A stretch of 64,000 nt of DNA from Epiperipatus broadwayi (lineage: Eukaryota; Animalia; Onychophora), in the NCBI GenBank assembly GCA_028023455.1, contig JAQFVV010000004.1, positions 22,940,001 to 23,004,000 on the forward strand, given 5' to 3'. The position numbers were made by a program, and so were the translations under genes. Shown here one piece after another: positions 12,331 to 27,123 of the stretch. Below the pieces are notes generated by a model. It had not been told where the DNA came from. It saw only the letters and a list, made by a program, of their open reading frames with translations, and did no database searches. Every line of letters begins with the position of its first letter. The stretch's first letter is position 1.

Positions 12331-15301
12331 TGTAACGGTCAGATTCATCTATCTCGCTAACACACTGCAGAATTCAAACCCCAAACATGAAACTGAACAC
12401 TCTAGGAGGTGTTACCTTCTAGATGTACTAAGTTTGAATCTAAAGGCTAAATTCCACAGCGCCACCTACATGATAACGCATCTAATGCTACTAATAATAT
12501 ATCCCTTTTACCGGTGCCTGGTGGTCAGGGAGAAACAAAGAGACTCTATTCTACACTATATGCTTGGGCTTGCTAACTAACGTCTATGGATGGTACAAAA
12601 GAAACATAAAGATAGACGAGACAGTGGTATGGATCAATAAAGTAAAGGATCAAAATTGGTTTTAAAAGATTTATTAACATGTCAAAATATATATATAACG
12701 CCCACTGTCTGAATATGTTAGACAGCGACGTTTACTAAAATGGTACTTAAAACAACATTCCAGATAATTTACATTTGGAGGTTGTTAATACATTGTCTAT
12801 ACCTCGGGCTAATATAATTTTACAATAATGTGCCTACAAAAGCTTGTGAAGATGTGCGAGGCGCTTTGAGTAAATTAGAAAAAGTTTAATAAAATATTTT
12901 GCAACATTAAAGTTTAATATAACATTTCTTGACTTCGAGAATAGCACGGACTGATGCTTGTTAAGCTATAAGGTGGGGACGTGACCAAGGCATTTATATT
13001 TATAAACATAGTTAAATTATATTGGGAGGTCGGTGTTGCTAGTGAGGAATTTCCATACTGGATGGAGGGTGTGATACGTTTAAATCACTGGAACTTTGCA
13101 AATAATAGATAAGTGAAAATTTATATAATGGATATATGAGATAAATACGGAGGGCATCTCGCCATTGATCTGTAGGAATGTGGTGTCTCAGGCAGCCGAA
13201 GTCTGGACTCATCCAAAACTTAGCGACTGGGTGACAGCTGCGTTGAATTCCCAGGTGTGACAACTGAGTACACACTCTGACTGGGAACCGCAGAAAGTAA
13301 AAGGGGAAACAGTCTTAGCCATTTAAAGCCCTTTAGGAGAAGCAAAGCGGTCTCAAAACACCCAATACACTTACTAGCAACACTCGACTAAAGTATATAA
13401 AGTATACAAAAGGGATTTATTTAGCTTAAGAAAATGCCTAATCAATTCCCCAAATAATTATTTAAAGAAAGTCCGCCCATTCTCGACCTCAAATTACAAG
13501 CTTTGAAATTAAAGCAAAACAATATACATTTTAAAATGGGAGAATGCATGTTTGCGGGGTTTTAAAAGAAAGCATAAATTTATTTACACAATCATGCATT
13601 TGTTAAACATTTACTCATTGACCTCGCACATATTCTCATATTAGATTAAAATCAATAACATGTGGATTTTAAACTATAAAATTATTATATACATTGACTA
13701 AGAGTAGGATAGCCCTCGAACGAGCGATTCATGAGATAACAAACTGGGAAACAATTTATAATTTAAAATTGCCTTAATGGCGGCGTCTTGCTTTAAATAA
13801 AAGGGAATAATTCACTAGGTCAAAGACTATTCTGGCACATTATCATAATAAAAGAAAAGAAACAGATTAATAAATATAAAATATTAACCCAAGGATAGAG
13901 AGAGAAATATTAATTACATTACAGCATTTTAAAGAAAGAAACAATTGGAAGGTAAAACAAATGGAAACAATTTAAATAGCTATAGCTTATTAATTAGAGG
14001 AAATAATCACAAGAGCTCTTGGGTTAAATTTTGGGGTTACCTCGTTAGAAAAATTTGCAGGTAGTTTCAGGTAGATTGATTGTCGGCAGCGTTTATACGA
14101 CTCGGCAGCAAACTTTGGTTATAGTTCATATTTTAGCAGCAGTAGCAGTTTTAGGGTTTTCTATGTGATGGCATCAGATGCTATGAAGCAGCGGCTGGCC
14201 ATTTCCGAGGGGAAAATAGCCTTCTTGCCGGCTCTACTCCGTCATTTTGAAGATTACAATTTTAAAGGCTGGGTGCTTCAGAGAGATTTAAAGCAATATT
14301 TTAGAACACGGTAAATCTATTTGAAGACGAAACCTCGGCTTCAAATATTTAAGTTTGCAGGTAAGTAGCAATTTGGACGTCAGAAAGTCTCAGAAAGCTC
14401 AGCAACAATTAAAATAATAGAATGCTTAGAATGATAGTATGCTTAGAAAATTAGAATGCTAGAATTATGCCTAGAAAAATAGAATGCTAGCCTCACAAAC
14501 AAAAGAAAACCCTTCTATATATAGCAGAATTACACAATAAAACTGCCCTGGAGCGTTGCAAAAATATTCCAAAATTTGCTATCTTATCAGCTGCAACAAA
14601 ATCCATCCGAATGTCCAAAGGAATTCAACAAAATTTTAATTAATTTCTATTGTTAATTTCCCTGTCGACATTCGGATTAAAACTTTGATTTAATAAAAAC
14701 TTTTGCTAATTAAAAAGAAACGACCTTAAGTGGACATCTGCTGTCTTTCTTGATAAGCTCCTAGAACATTAATTAATTAAAGCTATTGTTTCTTACCAGC
14801 CCTCATTTATTTTAAAACAGAAAATATGTGGTGTGATTTTAAAATCTAAAAGAAAATTATTTTACTTTTAATTTTCAATGTTTGAATCTATTTATGAGAC
14901 GAATATAATTTTACTTTAAATCAAAAACAAATATTACGAATGTAATATCTTTTGTAAATAGATTCAAACAAAATAATTTTAAATAACAAATGATTATTAT
15001 TTGAGGTTTTGAAAATTAATATATCACAGTGTGTGCGCAATTACGACCTATATAACATACTTTTCAATAAATTTCTTTTATGTGTACATACACATAATTT
15101 ATAACATTTTATTTATACTGGGCATAAGTTATACAAATATATATAACACGAGCGTTGTACTCGTGGTTTAAAATTGGGTGTGATTTTCAGCATATAAGCG
15201 CATTGCTGACGTAGTGTTACGTTACACTGGGGTTTAAACTAAGGTATGAGGGTAGGAAAGAGGTGAGAAAAGGTGATACGAAGATCTGTCCTACTGTTTC
15301 A
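12331..15301 (-). mobile_element. Probable solo LTR, 2971 bp
   Basis: TG...CA ends (TGTAACG / TGTTTCA); 4-bp TSD ATAT at 12327-12330 and 15302-15305; minus-strand start TGAAACAGTAG matches the Gypsy LTR start TGTAACAGTAG at 10 of 11 positions; richer in GC and CpG than its flanks; no retroviral ORF. Confidence 0.68.
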
Positions 15302-15494
15302 ATATAATAATGATTATTATTAAACATTTATTAAGCTAGACATTATTATAGCATTCGAAATCCATATTCATAGTTTAAATTTAGTTAAAGATTAATATAT
15401 TCATTTTTTTTTTAAAAAAATATTTTTATGGTATCATTAACCCAACTTCATCCCCTTTTTTTATGTATACTATTTTTTTCAAATGTATTTAAAA

Positions 15495-17091
15495 CTTTTA
15501 TTCTATCATATATTCTTGAAACATGTGAATAAAGACATCTGAAAAAAGTATTATGACTTCCAAGATGAATTTAATGTTCAATCATAACATCTTCATTCAT
15601 GTTTCATGAATGTGTGATAAAATGGAAGTTTTAAATATATCTAAAAAAGGTAATACACATAAAAAAAAAAAGAGAAATGAAATGTAATTGTGTTTAACAA
15701 AAACATATATATTTTTAATTGAGTTTAACGTTTACATGTGGGCTAGAAATGATATGACAATCTCTAGCCTAATAAATGATTATTTATAATCATTATTGTA
15801 TTTATCTAAAGTGGATAGATTCAAACATATCAGTACAAGCAGTTTGACACTTGCAGGCCAAATTGTAGTAATTTGATATTGATAAATATTGAACAAATAA
15901 TGAAGACATAGAATATTGTAAACTGGGCCAACTAAAGAGTATTGACTCAGCATGAAATGCAATTTGTGAATCATTCTTTTTTTTCATATGTCTTTATTCA
16001 TAAGTTTCAAGAATGTGTGGTGGAATGGAAATTATAAATACGGTGGAGCCACTCACTGCACAATGGCATTTGGTTTCAAAGCCTCTATAACTGATGTTAA
16101 TAATAAGGAAATCTGTATATTGAATGGATAATATCTGTAATAAGAAGAAATGTTCAAGTTTTATATATATAATTAAAACATTTTAATATACATATGTAGA
16201 GTATTATATGGACATACTTGAATAAAATTTTTGATTTAAGTAAAGCAAAAAGTAATTAAGAAAAGTAAAATAGATAAATGAAAATTCGAAAAAAATCTCT
16301 TATTATGCTTAGAAAATTCCAGTCTCTTTTATGATTGTACATACTTCTAAATTTTTAAAAATCATTTGTAAAAGAATGGGAAAAAACTTTTAAAACGACT
16401 TTTTTTTTTAAAAAAAAAAAAGTTAGAGTTATTGAAGTTGTCTGAAAAATACAAAAAAGTCCTTTCTAATGATTTAATTAAAGTAAAGCAATTTTCAACA
16501 GAAATGGAAAGAATGTTTAAACAGAAAATTAAAAAAATATGAATATATATAAGTATTTGTATAGTGTTAGTCATGTTTTCATAGGTGTAATATAAATTGA
16601 TGATGGCAAAATGCAAAAGATATGATATTTGAGTGAAAATATAATAAAGAAATTTTTTTAAACTAATGTGGAGTGAATCAGAGGATGGTGATAATGTGAA
16701 TACAGAAGATCTACTATATATTTAAAAAAGATAATATACATAGCAAAAAGAAGATAAAATTAGATTAATTATATTGTGTTTATGTTTAATCTTTAATTGA
16801 AATCTTGAACAAAAGTCGTTACCATCAAAGAAGTTAATGCTGGAAGTTTAATATTTATAGTTCAAATTGTAGTAATTTGATATTGATAAAACATGAATAA
16901 GAGATTGTAACTGGAACAACTGAAGACTACTAGTTTAGTATGAACTGGATCTTGGGCATCATTAACCTTTTTCAGATATTTTTATTCATACTTTTAAGAA
17001 TATATGGTGGAATAAAAGTTTTGAGTAAATATAGGATTAAACCACTAAACATCACATGATCACCATTCCTTATGCTTGCTCATAACTGTTA
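15495..17091. repeat. Three diverged copies of an unclassified repeat (15495-15548 minus; 15859-16030 plus; 16863-17091 plus)
   Basis: Shared CAAATTGTAGTAATTTGATATTGATAAA and CTTTATTCATA...AAGAAT..GGTGGAAT blocks. Confidence 0.6.
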
Positions 17092-17095
17092 TTAA

Positions 17096-17216
17096 AACAG
17101 GCAGTGCCACTCATGAGTAGGCACTAGATAGGGATTTTATGCACAAGTTTTCTGGCATCCGTTGATTACTCTGGCTTACACTGAGTGGCACTACTGTATG
17201 GAGAGTTTTGCCTGTT
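17096..17216. mobile_element. Foldback MITE family (AACAGGC ends), internally collapsed copy
   Basis: TTAA|AACAGGC...GGAGAGTTTTGCCTGTT|TTAA; matches 28712-28975. Confidence 0.8.
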
Positions 17217-20200
17217 TTAAATATATGATTAGGTTTAATAAATCTAAACAAAACAAAATTTATGATTTATAATAAAGATGATAAAATTGCATTATGATCA
17301 ATATGAATGCAGAATTAAAACTCAAAAGAATAAGAACACAAAGTAAGTAAATAAAATGTGGATGCCTGAAATTTTCAAGATAATTTATTTACAGAAAAAG
17401 CTAGTAGAAATGGCTTAATTTTGGACTGAAAGTAAATGAATAATCTACTGAATTTGAAAATGATTAAGAATATTATCAGGAAGCCTTTGGGCATGATAGA
17501 AAATATTAACAGAATATACTGAAAATATGAATTGCAAGAAATAAATATAAAGAAAAAAAATAATTCTGGCAAAGCAGATTTTGTGTAGAAGCAGTCATTA
17601 TATGACAACAAAGTCCTTGGATTTTTACTTCTGCAAGAAAATTACAAAGTCTTACCTTCATCTAAGAGCACTACATTGGAGCAAAATCTTTGACTCTTTT
17701 AGCTAATAATATTATGAGACTGGAGGTTTTGAGATAGGATAATGAAGAATGGAAAGAAAATGGATAGAGAAAAGGTAAAATGATAAGATTATGTGTGTAA
17801 AAGAAATAATCATTCATTTCTCAGATTAGTTCAAGAAAATTGAATTACCTGATCTATATATTGAGACCTAATTTATTTAGATAATAGAAGAATATTCTAG
17901 GGAAAGATTCATTTCGCTTTCACAGATCAACTATGTAGAAATACTAATACTTTGATTTTTTGGAAAATTAAAGCAAATATTTTCATTCAAAGTTTTAAAG
18001 GCTTTGAATTGTAGAACATAAAGAATGAGAATAAATTAAATGACTGTACTATATTTTTGAATTTATAAGCTGTATAAATAATTTTGAAAAAAAATTTATT
18101 GACTTAACTAAAATGGGCGGGGGGATAAATTTGAAAATATTACAGAAAGTTATGAATAACTGTGGATTTCAATAAAAATCAAAATAAAATGACAGGATTG
18201 GAAGCATTTGAAAAATGAGGTAAGAGTTTCAGATTCATAATTCACACTCACATAGTTAATGACTTAAGTTTTAATAAAAGCAAAATATAAAAAGAGATTG
18301 TTGAAAGCTATAAGGTGCAGAAAGGTCTGGTGAATGTTGTATTATAAAGACTTAACTATCATGTTTTTATCTTACTTTAAATTTATACTTCTGACTAAAA
18401 TAGAAAATTGTTTAAAGGATGTTAGGGTCATCACGTATCTCTGACAAAGGGCAATATAACGAATAGCAGATTTTAGAGATTATGTATGGATAAGACTAGA
18501 AGATATATAATTTTTTTCTTATTGCAATATATACCACCTTACTCCAACAAGAGATACATTGTATTTGCTATATAACTACAAAGTACAGTTTTATTTCCAA
18601 TAAAAAAAACAATAACACAAAAAGCATTTCTTTTAAAGTCAGTTCATCATCAGTAAACAACCTAATAAGATTATTAATTGTTGAAAAGTTATATTTTGAC
18701 ATCATTAGATTAAAAATATGCAAAATAGCAGTAAAGCTTTCATCTCAAAATTATATTTAAAAAAGTTTAAAGGCAGTATATCATTATAGATTTAATGAAT
18801 TAATATTTTGAAAAGCATAATACAAAACTATAGTTGATGATTCTTCAGTGATTAAACAAGAGAACATAAATATTTTATAAAGTTTTTGCCAGAAAGATAG
18901 ATTTGTTGGCATGAATAAAATGTATTTAGAGAAATAGTATATAATCCAAGTTATTAAAATACTTTTCATATCTTAAACACAACCATCAAATTTCATTGGA
19001 ATAAACTTATAAACATCTATTAATACATAATTTGTATCCATTTATTAATAGTCTAAGCAAATTTTACATGAAAATGATTTTGTTTACAATGTAATTTATT
19101 TTATTTGATGTAAGATCAATTGCCCAGGAGATCAAGTGATATTGGAGACTAAAGACACACATTGACCATAATAGCTTGATCCAATTGGATAAATGGATTT
19201 TTTTTTTTTACCATTTATATCACTAAGTTTTGATCCAAGAAACTTCAGTTTTTATTTTGCAACTCTCATCGATTATATCCATAATATATTCTGAAATGTA
19301 ACATTAAAATATATTTTTTATTCAAGTTTATAACCAGTAATTCTTTAGTAAAAGTTTTATTTAAGAAGGTAAAGCTATTTTTGTGATTATTTTAATTATA
19401 AATGTATATATATATCTAATTGAGCTTGGGCACTGGAATTGGTTTACTGTGTGATTAGTTTTTGAAATGAAATTTTAAAACGTTTTTTTTATTGCTGCAG
19501 TTGAAGGCTTAAAATTTCCTATTAGCATTAAAAAGTATTGCATGAATAAATTAATGAAAAAGTTTCTTAATAAAAAATTCTAAATTTTTTTTATATGATC
19601 TCGCTGATTCAAGCAATTTTTATAATGAAAAATAAATTTGAATTTGAAACTGTTGAAAACTTTCCATTATTTTTTTTTTGCACTGCAATTATTGCTAGAT
19701 TGTGAATATTATTAAAGTCTTCCAGTAAACTGAGTCTATTCTTAAAATTTTGTATGATGGATTCTGATAAATCTTCCTAACAGATATAACTTATTTACTA
19801 ATGGTTCCAGGTCATAGCCATTGCTCAACAATTCAAATCTGGTATTAATGAATCTTGAAAATCTTTCAAGTAATTGCTTATAACCAATCTAGCTAGATAT
19901 TCACTATTTAAATGTAAATAGGCAACTAGTTACCATGCAATTTTGGTGGTGAAGTGTCATGTTACTACAGATGCTGAGTTCTTTAATGAGTTTTTTTTTT
20001 GTTGATAAGCAAAACTTTATTAGATATTATGTACTTTTTTTATGATTATATCGGAGTTTTATTTATATCCTTATTAACAATTTTAAAATTAAATTTTAGA
20101 AAAATAATGAAGGAGGAGGAGGTGTTAATCCATTGATGTGTTGCTTGTGGATATACTACTACTACTTTCATGAATACTGATGTCTATATTTTAAATAATG

Positions 20201-20316
20201 ATTGTTTTATAATTGATGAATAAATATTGTTAATATAATTTAGTCATTTGATCATATTAATAACGAAAAAAAAAGCATTAAGATTTATGATTGTATTTTT
20301 TAAAAATATATTTAAG

Positions 20317-20519
20317 GATGGTGGATGTGCCTGCCCTGGTGATGTAGCCAAGGCATTTGGGGCTGGAGCAGACTTTGTTATGTTAGGTGGCATGTTAGCT
20401 GGTCATGACCAATCTGGAGGAGATACTGTAATAAAGAACGGCAAGAAGAAGAAATTATTCTATGGTATGAGTTCGGCAACAGCCATGGAGAAGCATGCAG
20501 GTGGTGTAGCAGATTACAG
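20317..20519 (+). CDS. GMPR: GMP reductase internal exon (203 nt)
   Basis: AG|[35 protein letters not shown]...[23 protein letters not shown]|GT; phases fit both neighbouring exons. Confidence 0.97.
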
Positions 20520-21199
20520 GTATAATTGGATGAATTAGCATTTGTAATTCTAGTCTTGTCACATTCAAAAATAGCCAATAATTGTTTTTACTATTTTTAC
20601 AGAATTAAATATATAACTTTCAAAATGAAAATGTAGTGCACTTTTTAAATTCTTATTTATTAATAAAATTTGATAATGTTCCAATCATTTTTAACGTTTC
20701 AGTTAAGTAGTTTACATAATGGAATTGTATAATAATATTATAAAAATTAGTTTTTTTTTCAGTACAACTGTAAGAAATGAAGCTATCCTATATATTGAGC
20801 TGAAAATTATATAAATAATTTTATTCTTATGATAACAATAAATAAACTTTTGTCTAGAAAATATTTCTGCAATTTTTAAAATATTTTAATAGTCAAATGT
20901 CTTCTAATAATTTTCATTATTTTATTCAAAATTAAAATCTATTTTGACATGAACAATAGCAGTATTAATAAAATATAAACATTCAGTAAAACTAAAAGAT
21001 TTTTAATAGAATGATAATGGTTGAGGCACTGTAGGAGAGGACATTAATAGCTATGATTTAAGTATGAAATTGGAATAATATAGCATTTTGTTAAATAATA
21101 GTGTGTTAGACAGAGTTATTGAAGACTTAAAATGGGTGATTGGAAATAAGTTTTTTTTTTATTTTTAGCTTTCTACATAATGCATACTGCAATAACTTA

Positions 21200-23420
21200 G
21201 TAAGTGTTTAGACATTTAACAACAAAACAGGTTTTTTCGATATTAATATTTTATTCAGCTAAGTACTTTCAATACCAAACGTATTATAGTCACAGCATTA
21301 TACAATTAAAATTCGTTAAACTCTCATTTGAAAGTTGTTGTTAAACGAATTAGCATAAAATTGAATTTCAATAGCTAATATACATTCCAATAAATATAAG
21401 GAAATTATAGATTGCCATTTTTTGGAAAGAGGGATGCTAGTTTCTTTTTTATTTATGGTGTGCGTATCTTTGGTTATAGATCACACTTCTTTCATCTTTC
21501 TCTTTCTGTCATCAAATAACGTCTGTCCTAAAGAGATTGAAGTTGTGGCCCAACTGTAGCTCATGATCTAAAAATATTGATGTATATTCACTGCATTTTT
21601 TAGTCCGGTTGTATAAGTAATTGTACTGGGCCAATCTTGTGGACAGGTTAGCTCTCGTTTCTCCATAGTAAGTCTTTAAACAATTTGAATCTTTACATGC
21701 AGTTTTATACACTACTTGCTATGCAGCCTCTCTACTTATTTTATTTTTGGAGTTGTTTAATAATTTATTTAATGGTGGAGGTGACCAAAAACTGATATTT
21801 ATCAGTACATATTTTTCTTAATTTGGTATGATTTTAGACACATAAGAAAGACTAGTTCATTTTTTGTCTTCAGATTAGAGATTTACTGGGTGCATAATTT
21901 TGCTATAGAAATTAGTTATTATTGAATTTTTTTTTTTTTTAGGATTATACCCCATATTTACTAGATCTTTCCTGTAAACTCTGTTTTTTCTCCGAACTGT
22001 CTTGAATTTGCATAATTTCAAGTTTCTGTGGAGAAAATCCTTCAGCCCCTTGTATTTATGGTACTAGGGGGCAGAGAATTAGGATTATGATGCCTCTCAT
22101 ATTTATAGACTTCAATTCCATTCTATAATCCAAGACATTATTCTATTCTTGAATGTTTAAGTCTAAAAATTTGGTATTATGATATTTGTTTTCCTTCTCG
22201 ATAATCCAGACCAAAGAAGGCATTGAAGTTAACTGTAGATGAATTTGATCAATCGTTCCTTCATCCGCACATAGTAGCGTATTGTCCACATCTTGAATAT
22301 AAAATATTAGGAAGACTCTCAAATTTTGGAATAATTAGTTTTCAATTTTAGATAAATACAAACTGCAGGCCACTTTGCTAAATGGTAGCCCCATATACCA
22401 TCCATGGTTAATTTTATGCATTTTATTATTTATTGATGCAATTATCTTTTCAATGATCCAATTTAATATTTCTATGATAAATTATTTTTTCTGGATGTTA
22501 TAGTTAGCTTGCTGCAATAATTTATCTATAACTTTAATTGGCTTATTAGAAGAAACAAACCCATGTAATTCCTTGGCAACTAGTGAGATAATTTTGTAGC
22601 TATTATTTATTTTGACATTTCAAATATTTTCAACAAATTTGTACATAGATTTTATAGTATATAATTCAAAGCCTAGGTCATCTATAAGTCAGGATGCAAT
22701 AATTTTCGCTGCATTATAAAAATCCTAGACACCAAAGTCAATTAAACAGCCTAAATGGAAATTTTTTCCTTGTTATATATTAGTGAAGATTCTAGAAACA
22801 ATGACAGCTGAAGGATATATTTTGTAGTATTCAGAGTTTGAATGGGCTTTACCTCGGTGTTTCATTAGAATTGAAGCAATAAATTTATCTTTTTAGTTTT
22901 CAAATATATGTAACCCTTTGTTTTGAAAAAACAAACTAATTTTCTCATAGAACTCATCCCTTTTTAATATTGCCAACTGATTGCCCTTATCTTCCTTCAA
23001 AAAAGTGAGATTTTTATTGTTAATGTAATTCCTAATGCAGTTAATATTGTGCGCCCAATAGTTATTTTTAGATTTGGGGAGATATCTCAAAATATTGGCA
23101 GTTTTGTGTATGATCTTTTCTTTCTCCGGATTAGTTTCATATTTAGGCTCTATGATGGCAACTATCTCCATTTCTGGATTAGGCCATTCATTCCCCACAA
23201 ATCTGGACTCACAATATTATTATTTTTCTACAACTCAAGAAACTCTAAATTCAGCAGGTTGACCCAGTTTTTATCGCTCTCAGATTTTATTATCTCGTGG
23301 TTTTGTTTTTTAGCTAAGAAATTTTTTTTCAAATATTTTCTTTTCATCTTGATAGCAATTTGGCTGCATTTTATGTCATTACTCTCAGAAGCTGCATAAT
23401 CCTATGCTATATGGTTTCTC
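21200..23420 (-). mobile_element. Penelope-like retroelement, heavily decayed (RT and GIY-YIG)
   Basis: FLKEDKGNQLAILKRDEFYEK (pre-RT), GWYMGLPFSK, QDVDN (RYVDD-like), CKDSNCLKTYYGETRANLSTRL; many stops and frameshifts; ends approximate. Confidence 0.87.
21258..21296 (-). ncRNA. Minimal hammerhead-like motif, G3/U8 variant
   Basis: GCT-GTGACTAT-AATAC-GTTTG-GTATT-GAAA-GTAC-TT-AGC, about 250 nt 3' of the GIY-YIG remnant. Confidence 0.65.
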
Positions 23421-26400
23421 CCAATAGTAAGGCCTTTTATTATTGACTTTAATAATACACATCTTTAAGTTTTCTGATTATTCTCTCCTGTTGGTAGAGG
23501 GATCTCTTTATTTTAATATGGTAGCAATTCCGGCAAACTTTAAGTTGATGGCAATTCCTAAGAAATGCAATGCGTTCTTGTTTTTTCATAATATCTATGC
23601 AAATTTTGAGCATAACACGATAATTGCTGTTTATTCCCCCTTAATGATAGATTTGCCACAAATTTTAATTACACAATATATTTTCAGCTATGTTCTTTTT
23701 AAAAAAATATTACTATTATATATGATTTGAAAATTGGAAAAAAAAATCGAACAAACTAGACTGAGTTCAAAAAAATTTGAGAAAAAAAGACAAAAAAGTT
23801 TTTTAATAATGATAAATTATAAGACCAAAGATTAGTTCAAAGTGAGGTAACAAAATAGAACTTTATACTTTTTGAGAAATTAAAATTTGTCAGAAATTTT
23901 CACCCGAGGAGATTTTAAAAAATACACAGAATTAAACAGTATTGTAAAAATAATTTAGATGAATGTTTTAATCCTCAAGAGAGACTATCATAATCCAGAG
24001 AGTTAGGTTTTTTAATTATCAGCAATTAGTCTTCACAACTATCTTGGAGCTGTATTTTCAACTAAAAAGAAAAGTTTACCAAATTGTTATTATTTAGTGC
24101 AATAATTCTGAAGGTGCACTCGTGTCAACCTTCAATTTAATTTTTATCCTGAAGACCAAATATAGAATTGATATTTTATGATATCGTAAACTGAAGTGAC
24201 AAAGCAAGTGAAAGATATATTTTACTGTCCAAACTGCAATGTTTATTTTTAATATTTAGTAGACAATCTGCCTGAAATTAAACTTTATTTGTAGTTTTTT
24301 TTTAAAAAAAAAAACGACAACTGTATTTTATATCCAAGTCTTTGCTTAGACAATATATATATAGAATCTTATTTTTATTGGGATTTTTTTTCTTGCAGAA
24401 TATCTACTTTATTTATTCATAATAGTATATGAAATAAGAAAGTAAATTACAACTTTGTTATAAGTAATAGCTGTTTTACCTTTTTGTATTTCATTTACTA
24501 TTATCAGTTTTGAAACTTAAAATAGTTTCTTTTTTAATATTTTTTTAAAAAAATTCTTTCTTATATCACTTACACTCTAAATATAAAGGTAAAAACTTTA
24601 AAAAGTTACAATTTGACAAATGTAAAAATATTAATAAGGCAAATATAAGACTGATTTCAATGGATATTAAATTTTTTTACTTTAGATATATTTATGAAAG
24701 GTGTAATTAATATAAGAAATAATTTTTTGCAAAATATTTCTGGAGGATAAAATTATAGAACATTTAAGTCTCAAAACCAATTATGCAGCAGTGAATATAA
24801 TAAATAAAATATTTTATTTAATTTTGATTTTCTACGTTTTACTAGTGTTACTGGCTGTACAATATTATATATTGTGATAGTACATTGGGTCACAATGATG
24901 AGATTCAAGATAGTGGAGCATAATAAAAGGCAATTTTATTGTATCTTAACTACATAATAAAAAAAAAATGTAATAACAATGTCTGGATTTAATTTAGCAC
25001 ACTAAATGAAAGTAAATCTTTAAATATATATCTATTATATAAATATCTAAACTGTATATGTATGTTTATTTGTATAACGATGATTTTAATTAAGTGTCAT
25101 GGCTAAATAATTATATTCTTTTTCCTTAAAATTGTTTTTTATTTTTATTTGTTAATGTGACCTGGGCAAATAATGATAAATGATATTATTACCTAAAATA
25201 AAATAGATGGCAATTAATCAGTTGGTAAACAATTTCAAATTTATTTACATTAATAAAAAATAAAACGAGTAATGAATATATTATCATTTATTTATACTAA
25301 TAATATTTCTCCTTGTGTCCATTTAATAATATTTCAACTTCAGCTGTATAAAATTAAATTTTAAACAAATATATATATATAAATTTAACTATAGTCTGAG
25401 GTTCAACATTCCTAAGCATTTCAATTTAGTACTAATAAACAAAGATTGTAACATATTTAAGTGTAAAATCTGCTTATACTATATTTAATTATAAATAAAA
25501 TTATTGATATGTTTTTGTTAGGTTTTATGAAAAATTAAGTTGGTCTTAGTTCCACTAAATATACTACTATCTTTAAACTCAAGAATATGCATGTAAAAAT
25601 GCGAAATTAGGGACCTCTACAGGTCTTAACCACATTAAATAAAACACACACACAATAATAATATTATCATTTTAGAATATCAATGTTTATATTTTATTAT
25701 CTCCAGCTTCTTGCATATAACATTTTAAAATAAGCTCAATACTTTTTACATGTGAGGCAGAATTCCTATGTACTATGTTTGTCCACTATATTTGATCCTT
25801 TGTAATAATAACAAAGATTATTTTTTATTAACCCTAAAATTGCTTAGTATTGAATAAAAATTTCAAATAAATCAAGAATATGTTTTCTCAGGTTGGTGAT
25901 TCAACTAACTTATTAAACTTCATTAAATATAATTAATTCTGACTAAACCTCAATACACTTCTATAAATATCGTCTTTAAAAAAAAATGCCATGGCAGCAA
26001 GTCCATATGCTATGTCGATTTATTAAATGGATCTATTTCTCTATTATAGAATAAGAGGAATGTTTCATCTTGTAAAATATACAATGCAAAGGATAGCCAC
26101 TATTGCCAAATATAAAATATCATTTACATGAGTTTAGAGGAGCATTCAGCTCTAATATTTCAATCAGGAACTACCATCTAAAATATATATATATTTTACA
26201 ACCAAAATTTACTTCACCATTGAAAATATATTATAAATAAATAAAAAAATGTTATAAAATTTTTAAATCTATATATCCTTTGTTAAATTAAATTCCATTC
26301 ATCCAAGTTTAATTCTTTCACACTAAACAATTGTGCTGTATGCAATATAATTGTATATTAAACCACTAAACATTACATAATCACTTTCTTTTTCTGAAGG

Positions 26401-26553
26401 TTTGTGATGATTGTGTTTTAATTGTATTTTTATATTGGACTATTTCCATCATATAATATGAGTATTGAATGTCTTAAGAAAAATTTTAACTTTATTTAAT
26501 TATTCAAATACATTCCATTGTTAGTAATACCACATGAAACAGGTTAATATATG

Positions 26554-26596
26554 CACAGTGTTTCAAGAGATATTGTTCTCCCCTCTTCTTCAGATG
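26554..26596 (-). ncRNA. Hammerhead motif (family A, inverted arm)
   Basis: CAT-CTGAAGAA-GAGGGG-AGAACAATA-TCTCTT-GAAA-CA-CT-GTG. Confidence 0.65.
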
Positions 26597-26612
26597 TTAC
26601 TGGCCTAACCAG

Positions 26613-26704
26613 TGACAGTACTAGCATGGGATTCGAACCTGGACTCTTAGATTTTTGAGTATTGAATTTTAAGGTAACGTTTTAACCAACTGAGCCATTC
26701 TGCC
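26613..26704 (-). ncRNA. tRNA-like module (inverted arm); not a functional tRNA gene
   Basis: A box TGGCTCAGTTGG; B box GGTTCGAATCC. Confidence 0.75.
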
Positions 26705-27123
26705 AAAGGAAACAGTCAGTAGAAATTTCATATACTTATCTATGAGGTTCTTTCTGATTTCCCCACTTTTTCATAAAAGCAAAGTTGATTTTTTTTCTTT
26801 GTACCTTTTCTTCTCTATCCAATCTTTTTGTATTTTCTCTGCTTGCAAGAACACAAATTGATGATTAGAAGAGAGAAAACAGATATGTCTAAGGTAGCAT
26901 ACCATGTATGTGCCAATAAACATATGTTCAATTGGGAAAATACAAAAATATTGGATTTAAAGAAGCTGCTCACATGACAATGACAAACAATTCCATAAGT
27001 CAACCTAGTGTGACTATACATAATGTATGGAACCACTAATCAACTTTGCTCTTAGGAAAAAGTGGAAAAATCAGGAGGAACCTCATAGATAAATATATGA
27101 AATTTCTACTGACTTTTGCCTTT

